A stretch of DNA of 64,000 nt, from assembly GCA_965215015.1 (NCBI GenBank), contig OZ244042.1, positions 4,288,001-4,352,000 on the forward strand, given 5' to 3'. This DNA comes from Candidatus Poribacteria bacterium. GTDB taxonomy: Bacteria; Poribacteria; WGA-4E; PCPOR2b. The notes beneath the pieces were generated by a model. The model was given only the letters and a program-made list of their open reading frames with translations. It was not told the DNA's origin and searched no databases. The position numbers and the translations under genes were made by a program. Below are positions 20,090 to 30,481 of the stretch, in pieces. Numbering within the stretch: the first letter of the stretch is position 1; each line of letters starts with the position of its first letter.

Positions 20090-20581
20090 TTAATGATGGT
20101 CGCTTTCCTCCACTTCTTTGATTGGGAGCACGGAATTGCTTTCCGATCGAATTTCTGAATGACGTATCTTCCCTCCCAAATCTGCTGTCCATGCCATCAA
20201 TCCACAGACGACGATTGAAAGTATCAAACCTGCGATAACAAATCTTTTTGGAATCGTATCGGCGAGCCGATAATGCCACAGTACCCCTAGGGCGGCAACG
20301 CCTAAGATACCAACAGCAATAAAGGCAACCAATGCAGATTCTTCATGTTCCTCAATAATTGGTTCCTCCACACCGGGCAAATGCTCAACGATTTCTTCCG
20401 CAGGTTCACCGGTGAAATAAACCGGCACGGTCGCCACGGCAATAATGACGAAAATGCCGAGACTCACGCGCTTTATTGCTTCATTTTTCTTTACCATGCC
20501 AAAAACCAGCAATAAAGTACCAAACACTGTGCCTAAAACCGGGATGTGATTAATCAAAAGATGTAGATGCGCCCAATTCAT
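20090..20581 (-). CDS. Four-TM membrane protein, DUF2231-like
   Basis: HLHLLINHIP, TGE.AEE, IEEHEE.A and TADLGGKIRHSEIR. Confidence 0.75.
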   Translation of the reverse strand: MNWAHLHLLINHIPVLGTVFGTLLLVFGMVKKNEAIKRVSLGIFVIIAVATVPVYFTGEPAEEIVEHLPGVEEPIIEEHEESALVAFIAVGILGVAALGVLWHYRLADTIPKRFVIAGLILSIVVCGLMAWTADLGGKIRHSEIRSESNSVLPIKEVEESDHH

Positions 20582-20761
20582 GAGATTTACCTCCCAAGTT
20601 AGATTTGATAGGAGGGCAAATGCCCCTCAATGAAAACTCCATTTCAATATCAATTGTGTTCGATCTGACTAGGATATGTAATAATTCTTGATCGGAATGT
20701 AATTGAGGGACAGATAGGTGTGTGCAAAACTCATTGAAGCAATCTTCTCAACTTCGGATAA

Positions 20762-23080
20762 TTAGAATCGGCTATCGAGGCTGACAATCAGGTTGAACCC
20801 CGGTGCGTTGATGCCGGAGCCGTGCTCACGATACCGTTTATCAAGCAGGTTCTCAAGCGCGAGGGTGAGTCGGTTATACTGAGTCACCTGGAAACCGCCG
20901 CGTAGGTTAAGCGTCATCCAACCCGGTGAGCCCTGCCCAATCGCTGCACCGTTGGAATCAAATTCGACTTCGCCTGTATCACGGGTAGTTCCTGGAATCC
21001 GTGGATCCCGGATATCGCTCCGATTTAACCGTCTCTGCTCAGTTGCACCACGGACGAAGAATTCCGCCCAAAATCGCTGAGCAGGTGGCTCCCAACGAAT
21101 ACCGACCATGCCGTTGAGGGGTGGTTCGCGACGAATCCGTTCCTCCCACGGCTTGTCGGGATCGGGTGCTGCGCCGTTGATGACCAGTACCTTTCCACGC
21201 GTGAACATCGCATTACCGTAGAGTGATAAACCGCTTTGAATCGGAATCGGAACCATCCCAGCAAACTCAACACCTTGGATTTGCACTTCATCCACATTGT
21301 CGAAGACATAGACATCAACCCCCGGATTATTTTGCTGGATTTCCTGAATCAGGCTTGGCAGCGACTGCCCAGCGTAAGCATCTTCGACCGGAACACGGGT
21401 GACCAGATCGCTGACGCGACCATGAAAAAGGGTCAGTGAACCGATAAACTGCGGATAACGCGCCTTGAACCCGCCCTCCGCTGTCCATCCTCTCTCCGAT
21501 TTGAGGTCGGGCGAAGGAGAATCAATCCCTTCATTGGTAACCTCAACGGCAGTCGTATCGTTCAAGGAAGGCGCACGAAAAGATGTGGCGAAATTGCCGA
21601 CAACGTTCAACCCGTTGGTAACGCTTGCGACTAAACCTGTGCTGTAGGTCAAAGCACTGCCAGATTCGTTAAAATCGCCAAACTGATCGGAGCGCACTGA
21701 GAGGTCTGCATTCGTATTGTAAAGTGTAAATCGCCCACCGAGCGTCAGCTCGAGGCGTTCGTGTAGTTCGATTTCGTCCTGAACGTAGAGATTCGCGTCC
21801 CAGAATTGCGAGCCGTCAATAAATCTGCCTTTTGTGTCGTCTACCTTTTCAGTGCGAGTCGTGATGTCGGTTTTAATTGTTTGGCTCGAAAGGGTATCGA
21901 GATAGAATTCACCACCTGCGACGACACGCTGCCTCGGCAGAGATGAATTCACCGCCTGTGCGCTGAACCCTAATGTGTTGACGGTATCGAACCGTTCCCG
22001 ACGTTCTGTTGCATCGCGTTGGATTTCATTTCGCCCTTCCTTCTGACGATGAAATGAAGTGGTGAATTGGAGTTGATCAATCGCTAAGTTTTCCGGTTTG
22101 GAGAGGTAGGTAGCGTAGAATAAATCTCGGTCTTGCGGTTGAAAGAAAAACTCATCATAGTCACGCGGTGCAATCTTGTCATAGCGCGGGGTTTGCGGTT
22201 GTCGCCAGAGTTGGTAAGCAAGGTTGACTGTACTAGTATCTGTGAGTTTGTAAGAGAGTTTGGCGTCGCCATCGTAGGCGTTCCATCCGAGGGGGGCTTC
22301 GGAATCGATTAGCCAGCGGTCGGGAAGATCTTTAGGGGGACCATCAGAGACTTCTACCCCCTCTGGCTTGTCAGTGACAATCTCAAATTTACGGTTCGCG
22401 TAGTGTAGGTCGTAACCGTTGCCCGGATTGATGTTACCGAACCATCGCGCGGACGCGCCGACCGAAAATCCGAGTTGTTTTTGACTTCCGACCACCTCAA
22501 GTCGTCCGAGCCGTTCTGAACTCCCCGAAGCGAATCGGGTGAAGGCACGAGATTGAATATTCCACTTTTCTGTTGCGTTATCGAGAATGGTGTCCTTAGT
22601 GAACATGCTGATGACTCCTCCCATTGCACCACTACCGTATAACATCGATCCCGCCCCGCGTAACACTTCAACCCGGTCAAGGCTGGCTGGACTGATTGTC
22701 GCCAAATACTGATTGGGACCGGAGCGGAAGGTAGAGTTGTTGAGTCGGACACCATCAATTGCAAGAAAGGCTTGATAGCCGGTAAGTCCACGCAGCAGGG
22801 GTGAACCTTGTCCAACTGTTGTTTGCTGTGCCCAGACACCCTCTGTTTCACGCAGGATTCGGGGTGTCGTTGGGGCATTCATACGCTCGATTTGCTCTCG
22901 GTTGATGATGGATACCGCGTTTGGCGTGCGAAAGGTATCTTTCTCGACGCGGGTTATGACGGTAACTTCCCCCAGTTCAACAATCGAGGATTCTGTCCCA
23001 TCTCCTTGGGAATAAGCGAGGTTAATGCTCATAAGAAAAACACTCAAACATATCCATAGTTGTTTTCGTCGAACTTTCAT
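20762..23080 (-). CDS. TonB-dependent outer membrane receptor
   Basis: Signal peptide, EVTVIT TonB box, plug RVEVLRGAGSMLYGSGAMGGVI, FRAP, ENLLDKRY and terminal F. RBS AGGAGG before the ATG at 23080. Confidence 0.95.
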   Translation of the reverse strand: MKVRRKQLWICLSVFLMSINLAYSQGDGTESSIVELGEVTVITRVEKDTFRTPNAVSIINREQIERMNAPTTPRILRETEGVWAQQTTVGQGSPLLRGLTGYQAFLAIDGVRLNNSTFRSGPNQYLATISPASLDRVEVLRGAGSMLYGSGAMGGVISMFTKDTILDNATEKWNIQSRAFTRFASGSSERLGRLEVVGSQKQLGFSVGASARWFGNINPGNGYDLHYANRKFEIVTDKPEGVEVSDGPPKDLPDRWLIDSEAPLGWNAYDGDAKLSYKLTDTSTVNLAYQLWRQPQTPRYDKIAPRDYDEFFFQPQDRDLFYATYLSKPENLAIDQLQFTTSFHRQKEGRNEIQRDATERRERFDTVNTLGFSAQAVNSSLPRQRVVAGGEFYLDTLSSQTIKTDITTRTEKVDDTKGRFIDGSQFWDANLYVQDEIELHERLELTLGGRFTLYNTNADLSVRSDQFGDFNESGSALTYSTGLVASVTNGLNVVGNFATSFRAPSLNDTTAVEVTNEGIDSPSPDLKSERGWTAEGGFKARYPQFIGSLTLFHGRVSDLVTRVPVEDAYAGQSLPSLIQEIQQNNPGVDVYVFDNVDEVQIQGVEFAGMVPIPIQSGLSLYGNAMFTRGKVLVINGAAPDPDKPWEERIRREPPLNGMVGIRWEPPAQRFWAEFFVRGATEQRRLNRSDIRDPRIPGTTRDTGEVEFDSNGAAIGQGSPGWMTLNLRGGFQVTQYNRLTLALENLLDKRYREHGSGINAPGFNLIVSLDSRF

Positions 23081-23147
23081 AAGGTTCCTCCTATTTTGAA
23101 TAACTCTTAGATTATTGAATTTCTGGGCCCATGTGCTGGCTAAGGGA

Positions 23148-23162
23148 GCAATTTTTGCGCCA
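23148..23162 (-). promoter_or_regulatory. Sigma-54 (-24/-12) promoter
   Basis: TGGCGC-AAAAA-TTGC on the minus strand, about 68 bp upstream of the receptor ATG; consensus is TGGCAC-N5-TTGC. Confidence 0.7.
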
Positions 23163-23245
23163 AAGGCATTTAGGTGAGAGTTTACGTCTATATGATGCGA
23201 ATCCCTGACCGATTTTGTCCAACGGGAAGTCCCTCGTTGTTCAAC

Positions 23246-23287
23246 TTCTGAACGGTTGTGTTTACCTTTTGAACAGTTGTGTTTACC
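23246..23287. promoter_or_regulatory. Tandem 21-bp direct repeat, candidate enhancer (UAS)
   Basis: TTCTGAACGGTTGTGTTTACC followed by TTTTGAACAGTTGTGTTTACC, 85-125 bp upstream of the sigma-54 motif. Confidence 0.6.
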
Positions 23288-23488
23288 ATAGAAGTGCAAG
23301 TCAATTGGAGTTATAATGACAAAGGTTATAAGTTACTATTAATTTCTTTGCGTTTCCGAAAAAATAATACGTAAGCCGTAATGCGTTAAAACCGTGTCTG
23401 CGATACCAAATTAAGTTGACAGACTTCCCAACTTGATGGCACAATAACTACAAAACCATTTTTAGGTGAAAGGAAGGCTGTAAAAATA

Positions 23489-26400
23489 ATGAAGCGAGCA
23501 GGTCTGCACAGGGTGCCAACCGTTGTATGTAACCTGTTGTTGCTACTACTCTTTATAGTAGGGGGTTGCACGACGTTGGCTCCTGATAATCCCAATGTGC
23601 CGTTGGGGGATTTCCATTCAGATTCGCGCCCTGAAAAGACGTGGCGGGTGGAACCGAGGCTCGTTAGTAACGAGGTAAACTGTATTGCTGCTGACACGCA
23701 CAATGTATGGTTTGCAACGCAAGCCGGTGTTTCGCGTTGGGATCGAGACCAAGACCGGTGGCTCCACTATACGATGGAAGACGGGTTGTCCAACGATGCG
23801 GTAAACGCTGTCGCAATCGATGGACAATGGGTCTGGTTCGCCACGGAGGAAGGGGTAAGCCGCTATGACAGGCAGACGAACACCTTTTCGACTTACCGCA
23901 CCATTGATGGGTTAGCGAGTGATCGGGTGTCGTCCATTGCAGTGGACGGGAACTATGTTTGGTTTGGAACATCTGACGGATTAAACCGTTATGACAAAAC
24001 CATTGACAGTTGGGCGGTGCGTACCCGTAAGGATGGTCTAGTCAGCAAGGTAATTACAACAATTGCGGTCGAACCGGAGTATGTGTGGGTCGGTACCGAT
24101 AGGGAGATAAATCCGGATCCCCATGGCTGGGAGGATGACCCTCGGTTTAGTAAAGGTGGGGTAAGTCGATATCATCGGGACACCGATTCTTGGAATAACT
24201 ATAAAAAATCGGATGGCTTGATAGACAACGAAATCGCTACTATTGCAGTAGACGAGAATAGTGTTTGGTTTGGAACACAGGATGAGGGTGTTAGTCAATA
24301 CAATCAAGTTGACCAAGCCTTCATCAAGACGTTTACGAAAACTGATCTGCTCAAAAGCAATATGATCACCTCTATCCGCGCGGATGGATTCCAAGTATGG
24401 TTCGGTACTGCTAATGCCGGTGTGCATCGTTTCATCAAGCCGGTCAATACTTGGGTGAATTATACTAAAGCGGACGGACTGGCAAGCAATCATGTAAGTT
24501 GGATTACGACACAAGGCAATGATGTCTGGTTTGCGAGCAAAGAGGATGGAGTGAGCCGCTTTGACAAGCTAACCGGTGAGTGGACGCTCTACAAACAAGC
24601 CGATTTTCTCGCGGATAACGATGTCAGGGGGATAACGCGTGATGTGGATGGCAACCTCTGGCTAGCGACCGTATCGGGAATTTCAATTTACAACCCCTCC
24701 ACGCGCAGCTGGGAAAGCGTCTCTACAGAAGATGGGCTGCCGACCCCCTATGTGACAACAATAGATGTTGTGTCTCCATCGCCTGAATCGGAGCAAAGCG
24801 ACGTGATCGAAATTTCGACCGGCGGCATGACCAGCGCGCAGGTCTGGATCGGTACAGACCGAGGGCTTGGCACACGACCGCGCTTGGGGGGCGAGTGGGC
24901 GTTTTATTCTCCTCCCCGATCGCAAACCCAAGGAGAGGCTTTTGTGACAGCACTCGCTGCCGATGGGGATATACTCTGGCTCGGCACCAGTTTGGGCCCC
25001 GCCATGTATAACAGGACTTCTCAAGAGTGGACACAACTTGAGACGCCGGAAACTCACTCAAATACACTGGTGTCGTCTGTCCTTGTTCGCGATGGGTTGG
25101 TCTGGTTCGGTGGTGCGGAGGGGGTTTGGCGGTATTCAATTACAGATAAAAAGATGTATCATGCTGCCGAAGGGCTTCCTGACACCTACGTTAATGTGCT
25201 GCTTTCCGTTGAGGACACCTTTTGGGCAGGGACGCGCCAAGGACTTGCACGATATGACGCTGCTCAGGGGCGTTGGATAGCGATGCCGTTTAACGGCCAG
25301 TTGCCTGTTTCCAATGTTACCGCGCTTGATTTCCGAGCCGGGATTCTCTGGATAGGTACGCCACAGGGACTGGGAAGCTATAGGATTGCTTCTGATGCTT
25401 GGAGCCTTATCCCAAATGTGTCGTATAACGTTCGCGACATCTTGGGTGGTGGGGCCGAAACACTTTGGTTAGCAACATCGGTCGGTCTTGTCGAATATCA
25501 CACTTCAGATGGAAGGAGAGTGCTACATCAATCGCGTCCGGTGCGGGAACCGGGTCTTGAAACAAAGGTCTCAAATATCAAATTTGATGGGAATTACATC
25601 TGGTTCAATAACTGGGCTTCTTCACCAAACGGTGGGATTTTACGGTTTCATCGTCCCACGGGAACGTGGCAGCGTTTTACGCGCTTAGATATTCTCCAGT
25701 CTACTCAGAAAAAGGCGATGACCACAGTACGTTGGAGCTATGTGGATACAGACGCAGTCTGGTTTACCACAGACTATGGGGTTCTCCGGTACGATAAAAT
25801 GGCGGATACGTGGCAACATTTTACGATAGAAAATGGTCTCTCTACGAACGATGCGGACAAGATTGCTGTGAGTCAATACAGTGTCTGGGTGATCCCAATG
25901 ATCGGTGTCGAATTGAGCCATTATAGTAAAAAGACTGAAAAATGGAATGTGATTGCTCCCGGCAAAGAGATACAGATTGAACGATTGAACGCGTTAGCAG
26001 TTGATGGACCGGAGGTCTGGTTTGGTTCGGGTCGTGGACTGCACCGTTACAATGAATTTACCGGTGAATGGAGTGATTTCACGCCGAGAGATGGACTGGC
26101 GGGCAGGGGTGCCGAGTGGATTACCGCAGATGAGGATTTCATCTGGGTGGCACGCTCCGAGTGGGACAGGGACAGTAACCGTCCATTGTCACGATATAAT
26201 AAAAAGACGAAGAAGTGGGACACATTTTCAACGAGTGACGTGCTTGCCTCAAATACCATTAGACGAATTATTGCCACAAAGGATGATGTGTGGATACTCT
26301 ACAGACCTTGGAATAAGAAGGGGGTCACACGATACGATAGGCGCACCGGAGAGTGGACAACGATTAAGTCGGGGCAGGGGACGCTTGAGCTCGCTACGGA

Positions 26401-27637
26401 CGACGATTACCTCTGGTTAGCCGTACCTAACAATGGGCTCAGGCGATTTCACTTTGCATCAGGTACTTGGACGGTGTTTAAAGATCTCAAAGGGATGCTG
26501 CATAACCATGTGGATGAGTATGGGCTTGCTGTTGATGAAAAATATGTATGGGTCGGGACGTTGCGCGGGCTTGCTCGTTATGACAAGCAGAAGGAAGCGT
26601 GGACTTCCTTCACAGCGAGGCCAACCCTTTCTGGACGTACTATCCGGACGGTGGATACGGATGAGCGTTTCGTCTGGGTCGGCACCGATAATGGTTTGTC
26701 TCGTTATGATAAAGAATTGGGTACCTGGAAGCAGTATCAACAGGAGGGTGGTTCCGAGGAGATAGCCACCCACGGTGGCCATTGGCACCGATGGAGGCCC
26801 AAGAGGCGAGACACACTTTCTGATAATTCGGTCAGTTCAATCGTGGTTGATGATCAGTACGTCTGGGTCGGCACCCGAGATGGGGCGAACCGGTTTGATA
26901 AACTCGCCCTGCGCTGGGATCAGTACAAAACCGAGCATGGGTTGCCTGCCAATAATGTGACTTCTGTCAGCAACGATGGCAATAACATTTGGGTTGGCAC
27001 CAACTCCGGGATTGGCAAATATCCCCGAACCGCGGATGACCTCAACGCTTGGATCGCTTACACTTCCGGCACAGAGATTCAGCCGGCATCTGTCTCCAAG
27101 GAGTTTGCAGAGTCGTTGGTTACGGATGAGATCTGGTGTATCGCTAGCAGTAAGAAAAATGTTTGGGTTGGCACGCGACGCGGGGTGAGCAAATACGACA
27201 TCGGTAAGGATACGTGGAAGACTATCACAGCAGAAGATGGTTTAGCGAGCGATGAGATTAGTTGTATCGCCATTGACGGGGAGCGGGTCTGGTTTGGAAC
27301 CGATCGAGGGGTGACCGTCTACAATGATGAGACAGAGGTTTGGACTTCCTATACACAACGAGATGGCCTTGCTAGTAACAAGGTGACCTCGATTGATGTT
27401 GATGGCACAGAGGTGTGGATCGGGACATACAATGCAGGGGTGAGTCGTTTTGACCCGTCATCGAATAGCTGGTTGAGGTACACCCGAGAGGATGGCTTGG
27501 CGCATAACGGTATCCTCTCTATATCAATAGGAGATAGTTACGTGTGGTTCGGGACCTATCGTGGCTTAAGCCGTTTTGATAAATACACAGGAATCTGGAC
27601 AACCTTCACAGAGTCCTACGGCCCCGAGGATCTTTGA
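23489..27637 (+). CDS. Large lipoprotein built of Reg_prop-like beta-propeller repeats
   Basis: Lipobox VGGC; many DGL.SN.V..IA.D...VWFGT..G.SRYD repeats; no output domain. Confidence 0.88.
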   Translation: MKRAGLHRVPTVVCNLLLLLLFIVGGCTTLAPDNPNVPLGDFHSDSRPEKTWRVEPRLVSNEVNCIAADTHNVWFATQAGVSRWDRDQDRWLHYTMEDGLSNDAVNAVAIDGQWVWFATEEGVSRYDRQTNTFSTYRTIDGLASDRVSSIAVDGNYVWFGTSDGLNRYDKTIDSWAVRTRKDGLVSKVITTIAVEPEYVWVGTDREINPDPHGWEDDPRFSKGGVSRYHRDTDSWNNYKKSDGLIDNEIATIAVDENSVWFGTQDEGVSQYNQVDQAFIKTFTKTDLLKSNMITSIRADGFQVWFGTANAGVHRFIKPVNTWVNYTKADGLASNHVSWITTQGNDVWFASKEDGVSRFDKLTGEWTLYKQADFLADNDVRGITRDVDGNLWLATVSGISIYNPSTRSWESVSTEDGLPTPYVTTIDVVSPSPESEQSDVIEISTGGMTSAQVWIGTDRGLGTRPRLGGEWAFYSPPRSQTQGEAFVTALAADGDILWLGTSLGPAMYNRTSQEWTQLETPETHSNTLVSSVLVRDGLVWFGGAEGVWRYSITDKKMYHAAEGLPDTYVNVLLSVEDTFWAGTRQGLARYDAAQGRWIAMPFNGQLPVSNVTALDFRAGILWIGTPQGLGSYRIASDAWSLIPNVSYNVRDILGGGAETLWLATSVGLVEYHTSDGRRVLHQSRPVREPGLETKVSNIKFDGNYIWFNNWASSPNGGILRFHRPTGTWQRFTRLDILQSTQKKAMTTVRWSYVDTDAVWFTTDYGVLRYDKMADTWQHFTIENGLSTNDADKIAVSQYSVWVIPMIGVELSHYSKKTEKWNVIAPGKEIQIERLNALAVDGPEVWFGSGRGLHRYNEFTGEWSDFTPRDGLAGRGAEWITADEDFIWVARSEWDRDSNRPLSRYNKKTKKWDTFSTSDVLASNTIRRIIATKDDVWILYRPWNKKGVTRYDRRTGEWTTIKSGQGTLELATDDDYLWLAVPNNGLRRFHFASGTWTVFKDLKGMLHNHVDEYGLAVDEKYVWVGTLRGLARYDKQKEAWTSFTARPTLSGRTIRTVDTDERFVWVGTDNGLSRYDKELGTWKQYQQEGGSEEIATHGGHWHRWRPKRRDTLSDNSVSSIVVDDQYVWVGTRDGANRFDKLALRWDQYKTEHGLPANNVTSVSNDGNNIWVGTNSGIGKYPRTADDLNAWIAYTSGTEIQPASVSKEFAESLVTDEIWCIASSKKNVWVGTRRGVSKYDIGKDTWKTITAEDGLASDEISCIAIDGERVWFGTDRGVTVYNDETEVWTSYTQRDGLASNKVTSIDVDGTEVWIGTYNAGVSRFDPSSNSWLRYTREDGLAHNGILSISIGDSYVWFGTYRGLSRFDKYTGIWTTFTESYGPEDL

Positions 27638-27764
27638 AGTGAAAAAATCGAGAGCTGTGCTTATGGGTATTTGATTTATCTTTTACGATTACAGGCAGGA
27701 GGGCCTTCTTCTCAACAACTTACTTCATGCAAACTCTCTGTAAGCTAAAGGAGAATTCATCCGA

Positions 27765-30038
27765 ATGTTTTCAAATCCAGTACAACAATCTGGATCTGCC
27801 CTCGGCAGTGCTGCTTCGCATTCCCAAGATGGGCATGGCTTCGGCACCGCCCCCGTTTTCCTCACCTCAATCTGTACGATTCTCGGCGCGATTTTGTTCT
27901 TGCGATTCGGTTACGCTGTTGCACACGTTGGGCTATGGGGCAGCTTAGCAATCATTGCCCTTGGGCATTTGGTGACCATTCCTACGGTGCTGGCGGTATC
28001 CGAGATTGCAACGAACCGCCGCGTGGCAGGCGGCGGCGCGTACTACATTGTCAGCCGTTCCTTTGGCCCAACCATCGGCGGCACGATCGGGATTACCCTC
28101 TATCTTTCCCAAGCGATTTCAATTGCCTTCTATATGGTTGCGTTTTCAGAGGCTCTGGCACCCGTCTATGAATGGGTGGCTGCCACGTACGCGTTGAAAC
28201 TTGACTACCGCTGGGTGAGTCTTACTGGTACGCTCCTCCTTATCGCACTGATGCTAACTAAAGGTGCCAATCTGGGGGTGTGGGCTCTATGGGTGGTCAG
28301 TGCAATTATAGCAGTCTCAATCGGTGCTTTCTTTTTGGGGGAAGCTCCCGAAAACATACGGCCCGATGGGTTGAACATCATAGCGCGCATCGAAGGTGGG
28401 GACAGTTTCGGCACAGTCTTCGCAACCTGTTTCCCCGCCTTTACAGGCATGATTGCGGGCCTTGGACTATCTGGTGACCTGAAGAATCCTCGGAGGAGTA
28501 TACCTCTTGGCACGATTGGTGCGACGATTGCAGGTATGATCATATACGTGCTCGTTGCGATCAAGCTTGCCCAGAGTGCTAAACCTGAGGCACTCGCTGA
28601 GGATCAGTTTCTCATGGCTCAAATTGCCCTGTGGGGACCGGCAATCTACATTGGGTTGGGCGCAGCTGCCCTCTCCTCTGCCCTCGGCTCAATCTTAGTT
28701 GCTCCCAGAACGCTCCAGATGCTTGGTCGTGATGATGTCCTACCGTTCTCACAATTGAACCGCCTGATGGAAAAAGGTATAGGACAAACACAGGAGCCGG
28801 TGGTTGCAACCTGCGTGTCAGGGCTGATTGCGATCGTATTCGTGGTAGTTGGCGATGTGGACTTTATCGCCCGAATTCTTACCATGTTCTTCATTGTGAC
28901 ATACGGCGTCCTCTGTGCGGTGTCATTCCTCGAGCACTTCGCAGGCAATCCGTCCTATCGTCCCACGTTTCATTCTCGCTGGTATTTGTCGCTGGTTGGC
29001 ACTGTGATGTGTGGCTTGATGATGATTCAGATAAACGTGGTGTACGCGTTCCTCTCGATTTTTCTGATGGTGGTAATCTACCTTGGACTCCGCCACAGCC
29101 ACAAGGGGCAGCGGGACTTGACAGCGATCTTCCAAGGGACGATGTTCCAGCTAACCCGGTGGCTGCAAATCACCCTACAAAAGAATCGTGTTATCTCACC
29201 CGAAGGTGGATGGCGCCCATCGATCGTCGCGGTGACTCAATTCGGTGAACGTCGGCTTGGCCATTTCGATCTACTCCGCTGGATTTGCCATCGACACGGG
29301 TTTGGGCACTTCATCCAGTTCTTCCACGGCGATTACTCGTTTCTTGACGAAATTGACACGCGCCTCCATGTTGAGGAGCTGATTCAACGGACAGAGGTCA
29401 GCAGAGCAGGCATCTTTGTCGATACCCTGATTTGTCCGACATTCCAACTTGCTATCGCGCAGACGCTACAGATGCCAGGGATTTCCGGCTTGCCAAATAA
29501 TTCTATTCTTTTTGAATTCGATCGAGAAAATCCGGAGGAGATCAACGAAGTTGGGCAAGGTGCTCGCCTCGCTGCGAATTCGATGTTCAATGTCCTGATC
29601 TTGCGATCGACGAAGTACCGGTTCGGCTACCGGGCTTCGATCCATGTATGGGTGACAGAAGAAAACTTGGCAAACGCTCCCATGATGCTATTACTCGCGT
29701 ATATCATTGTGGGACATCCGGAATGGAAACGTGCTGAGATTCAACTCTTTGCGTGCTTCGACTCTAGCGACGCTGAGCGTGAGGCAAACAGACTTTCGGT
29801 GTGGATGAAGGAAGGGCGGCTGCCAATTTCAGCACAGAACGTGACTTCTGTGTCGTGCAGCAACGGAGAAGCTTTAGAGGAAGAGGTGTCGCACTACTCC
29901 TCTCAGGCTGACTTGGTGATTGCAGGCTTAGTAACGGAGAATCTCGAACCGGAGGCAGTGCCCCAAGCCCTGCGGCATTACAGGGCGGCGAACGATGTGC
30001 TATTCGTTCATTCAATTGAGTGGATCGCGATTGATTAG
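27765..30038 (+). CDS. Cation-chloride cotransporter (SLC12/CCC)-like APC permease
   Basis: FGT..VF....TILGAILFLR, GGGAYYIVSRS.G, FPAFTGMIAG..LSGDLKNP and WRP in the C-terminal domain. Confidence 0.88.
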   Translation: MFSNPVQQSGSALGSAASHSQDGHGFGTAPVFLTSICTILGAILFLRFGYAVAHVGLWGSLAIIALGHLVTIPTVLAVSEIATNRRVAGGGAYYIVSRSFGPTIGGTIGITLYLSQAISIAFYMVAFSEALAPVYEWVAATYALKLDYRWVSLTGTLLLIALMLTKGANLGVWALWVVSAIIAVSIGAFFLGEAPENIRPDGLNIIARIEGGDSFGTVFATCFPAFTGMIAGLGLSGDLKNPRRSIPLGTIGATIAGMIIYVLVAIKLAQSAKPEALAEDQFLMAQIALWGPAIYIGLGAAALSSALGSILVAPRTLQMLGRDDVLPFSQLNRLMEKGIGQTQEPVVATCVSGLIAIVFVVVGDVDFIARILTMFFIVTYGVLCAVSFLEHFAGNPSYRPTFHSRWYLSLVGTVMCGLMMIQINVVYAFLSIFLMVVIYLGLRHSHKGQRDLTAIFQGTMFQLTRWLQITLQKNRVISPEGGWRPSIVAVTQFGERRLGHFDLLRWICHRHGFGHFIQFFHGDYSFLDEIDTRLHVEELIQRTEVSRAGIFVDTLICPTFQLAIAQTLQMPGISGLPNNSILFEFDRENPEEINEVGQGARLAANSMFNVLILRSTKYRFGYRASIHVWVTEENLANAPMMLLLAYIIVGHPEWKRAEIQLFACFDSSDAEREANRLSVWMKEGRLPISAQNVTSVSCSNGEALEEEVSHYSSQADLVIAGLVTENLEPEAVPQALRHYRAANDVLFVHSIEWIAID

Positions 30039-30079
30039 ATGGAGATCTTGCAGAGCTAGGAATTATTTTTTTTATGGCT

Positions 30080-30324
30080 TAGGACTTACGCAGTTGAAGG
30101 TTCAAACCCTCGTAGTTCAGTGATGAATCACCGGACCATACGACTCACGACGTCCGATAAATCGGGCAACTACGATTCAGCCGACAGTCGTAGGTACGCT
30201 CCGCGTGCTGTCCCCCTCGAATCCCCCGCAAGCAGGGGGAAGGGGGGCAGCATACGGCGTATGCCTACTCCCTTAAAGGGGCGGATTGAATTGCGTTATT
30301 ACAAACTCAAGTGCGTAACCCCTA
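30080..30324 (+). mobile_element. Miniature element, family A, multi-module
   Basis: Ends TAGGACTTACGCAGTTGAA and CTCAAGTGCGTAACCCCTA; flanks ATGGCT/ACGGCT. Confidence 0.8.
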
Positions 30325-30481
30325 ACGGCTAAACGATGTACGAAAATGTGTGTTTGTAAGGGTAGGTTTCCCGCGTAGTGTTTATCCCCCATTGTATCAC
30401 AAATAGTTTGAATAACTGTAGTGATACGTTCAATATGGGATAATATTCTGGCAGCACAATACATGCGAAAGGATATAAACT

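Noticed and set aside
23081-23299. N-terminal extension of the TonB receptor in the ORF track
   Set aside because: It covers the promoter; the RBS and signal peptide indicate a start at 23080.
23081-23400. Cobalamin riboswitch or Fur box before the TonB receptor
   Set aside because: No B12 box or GATAATGATAATCATTATC-like match was seen.
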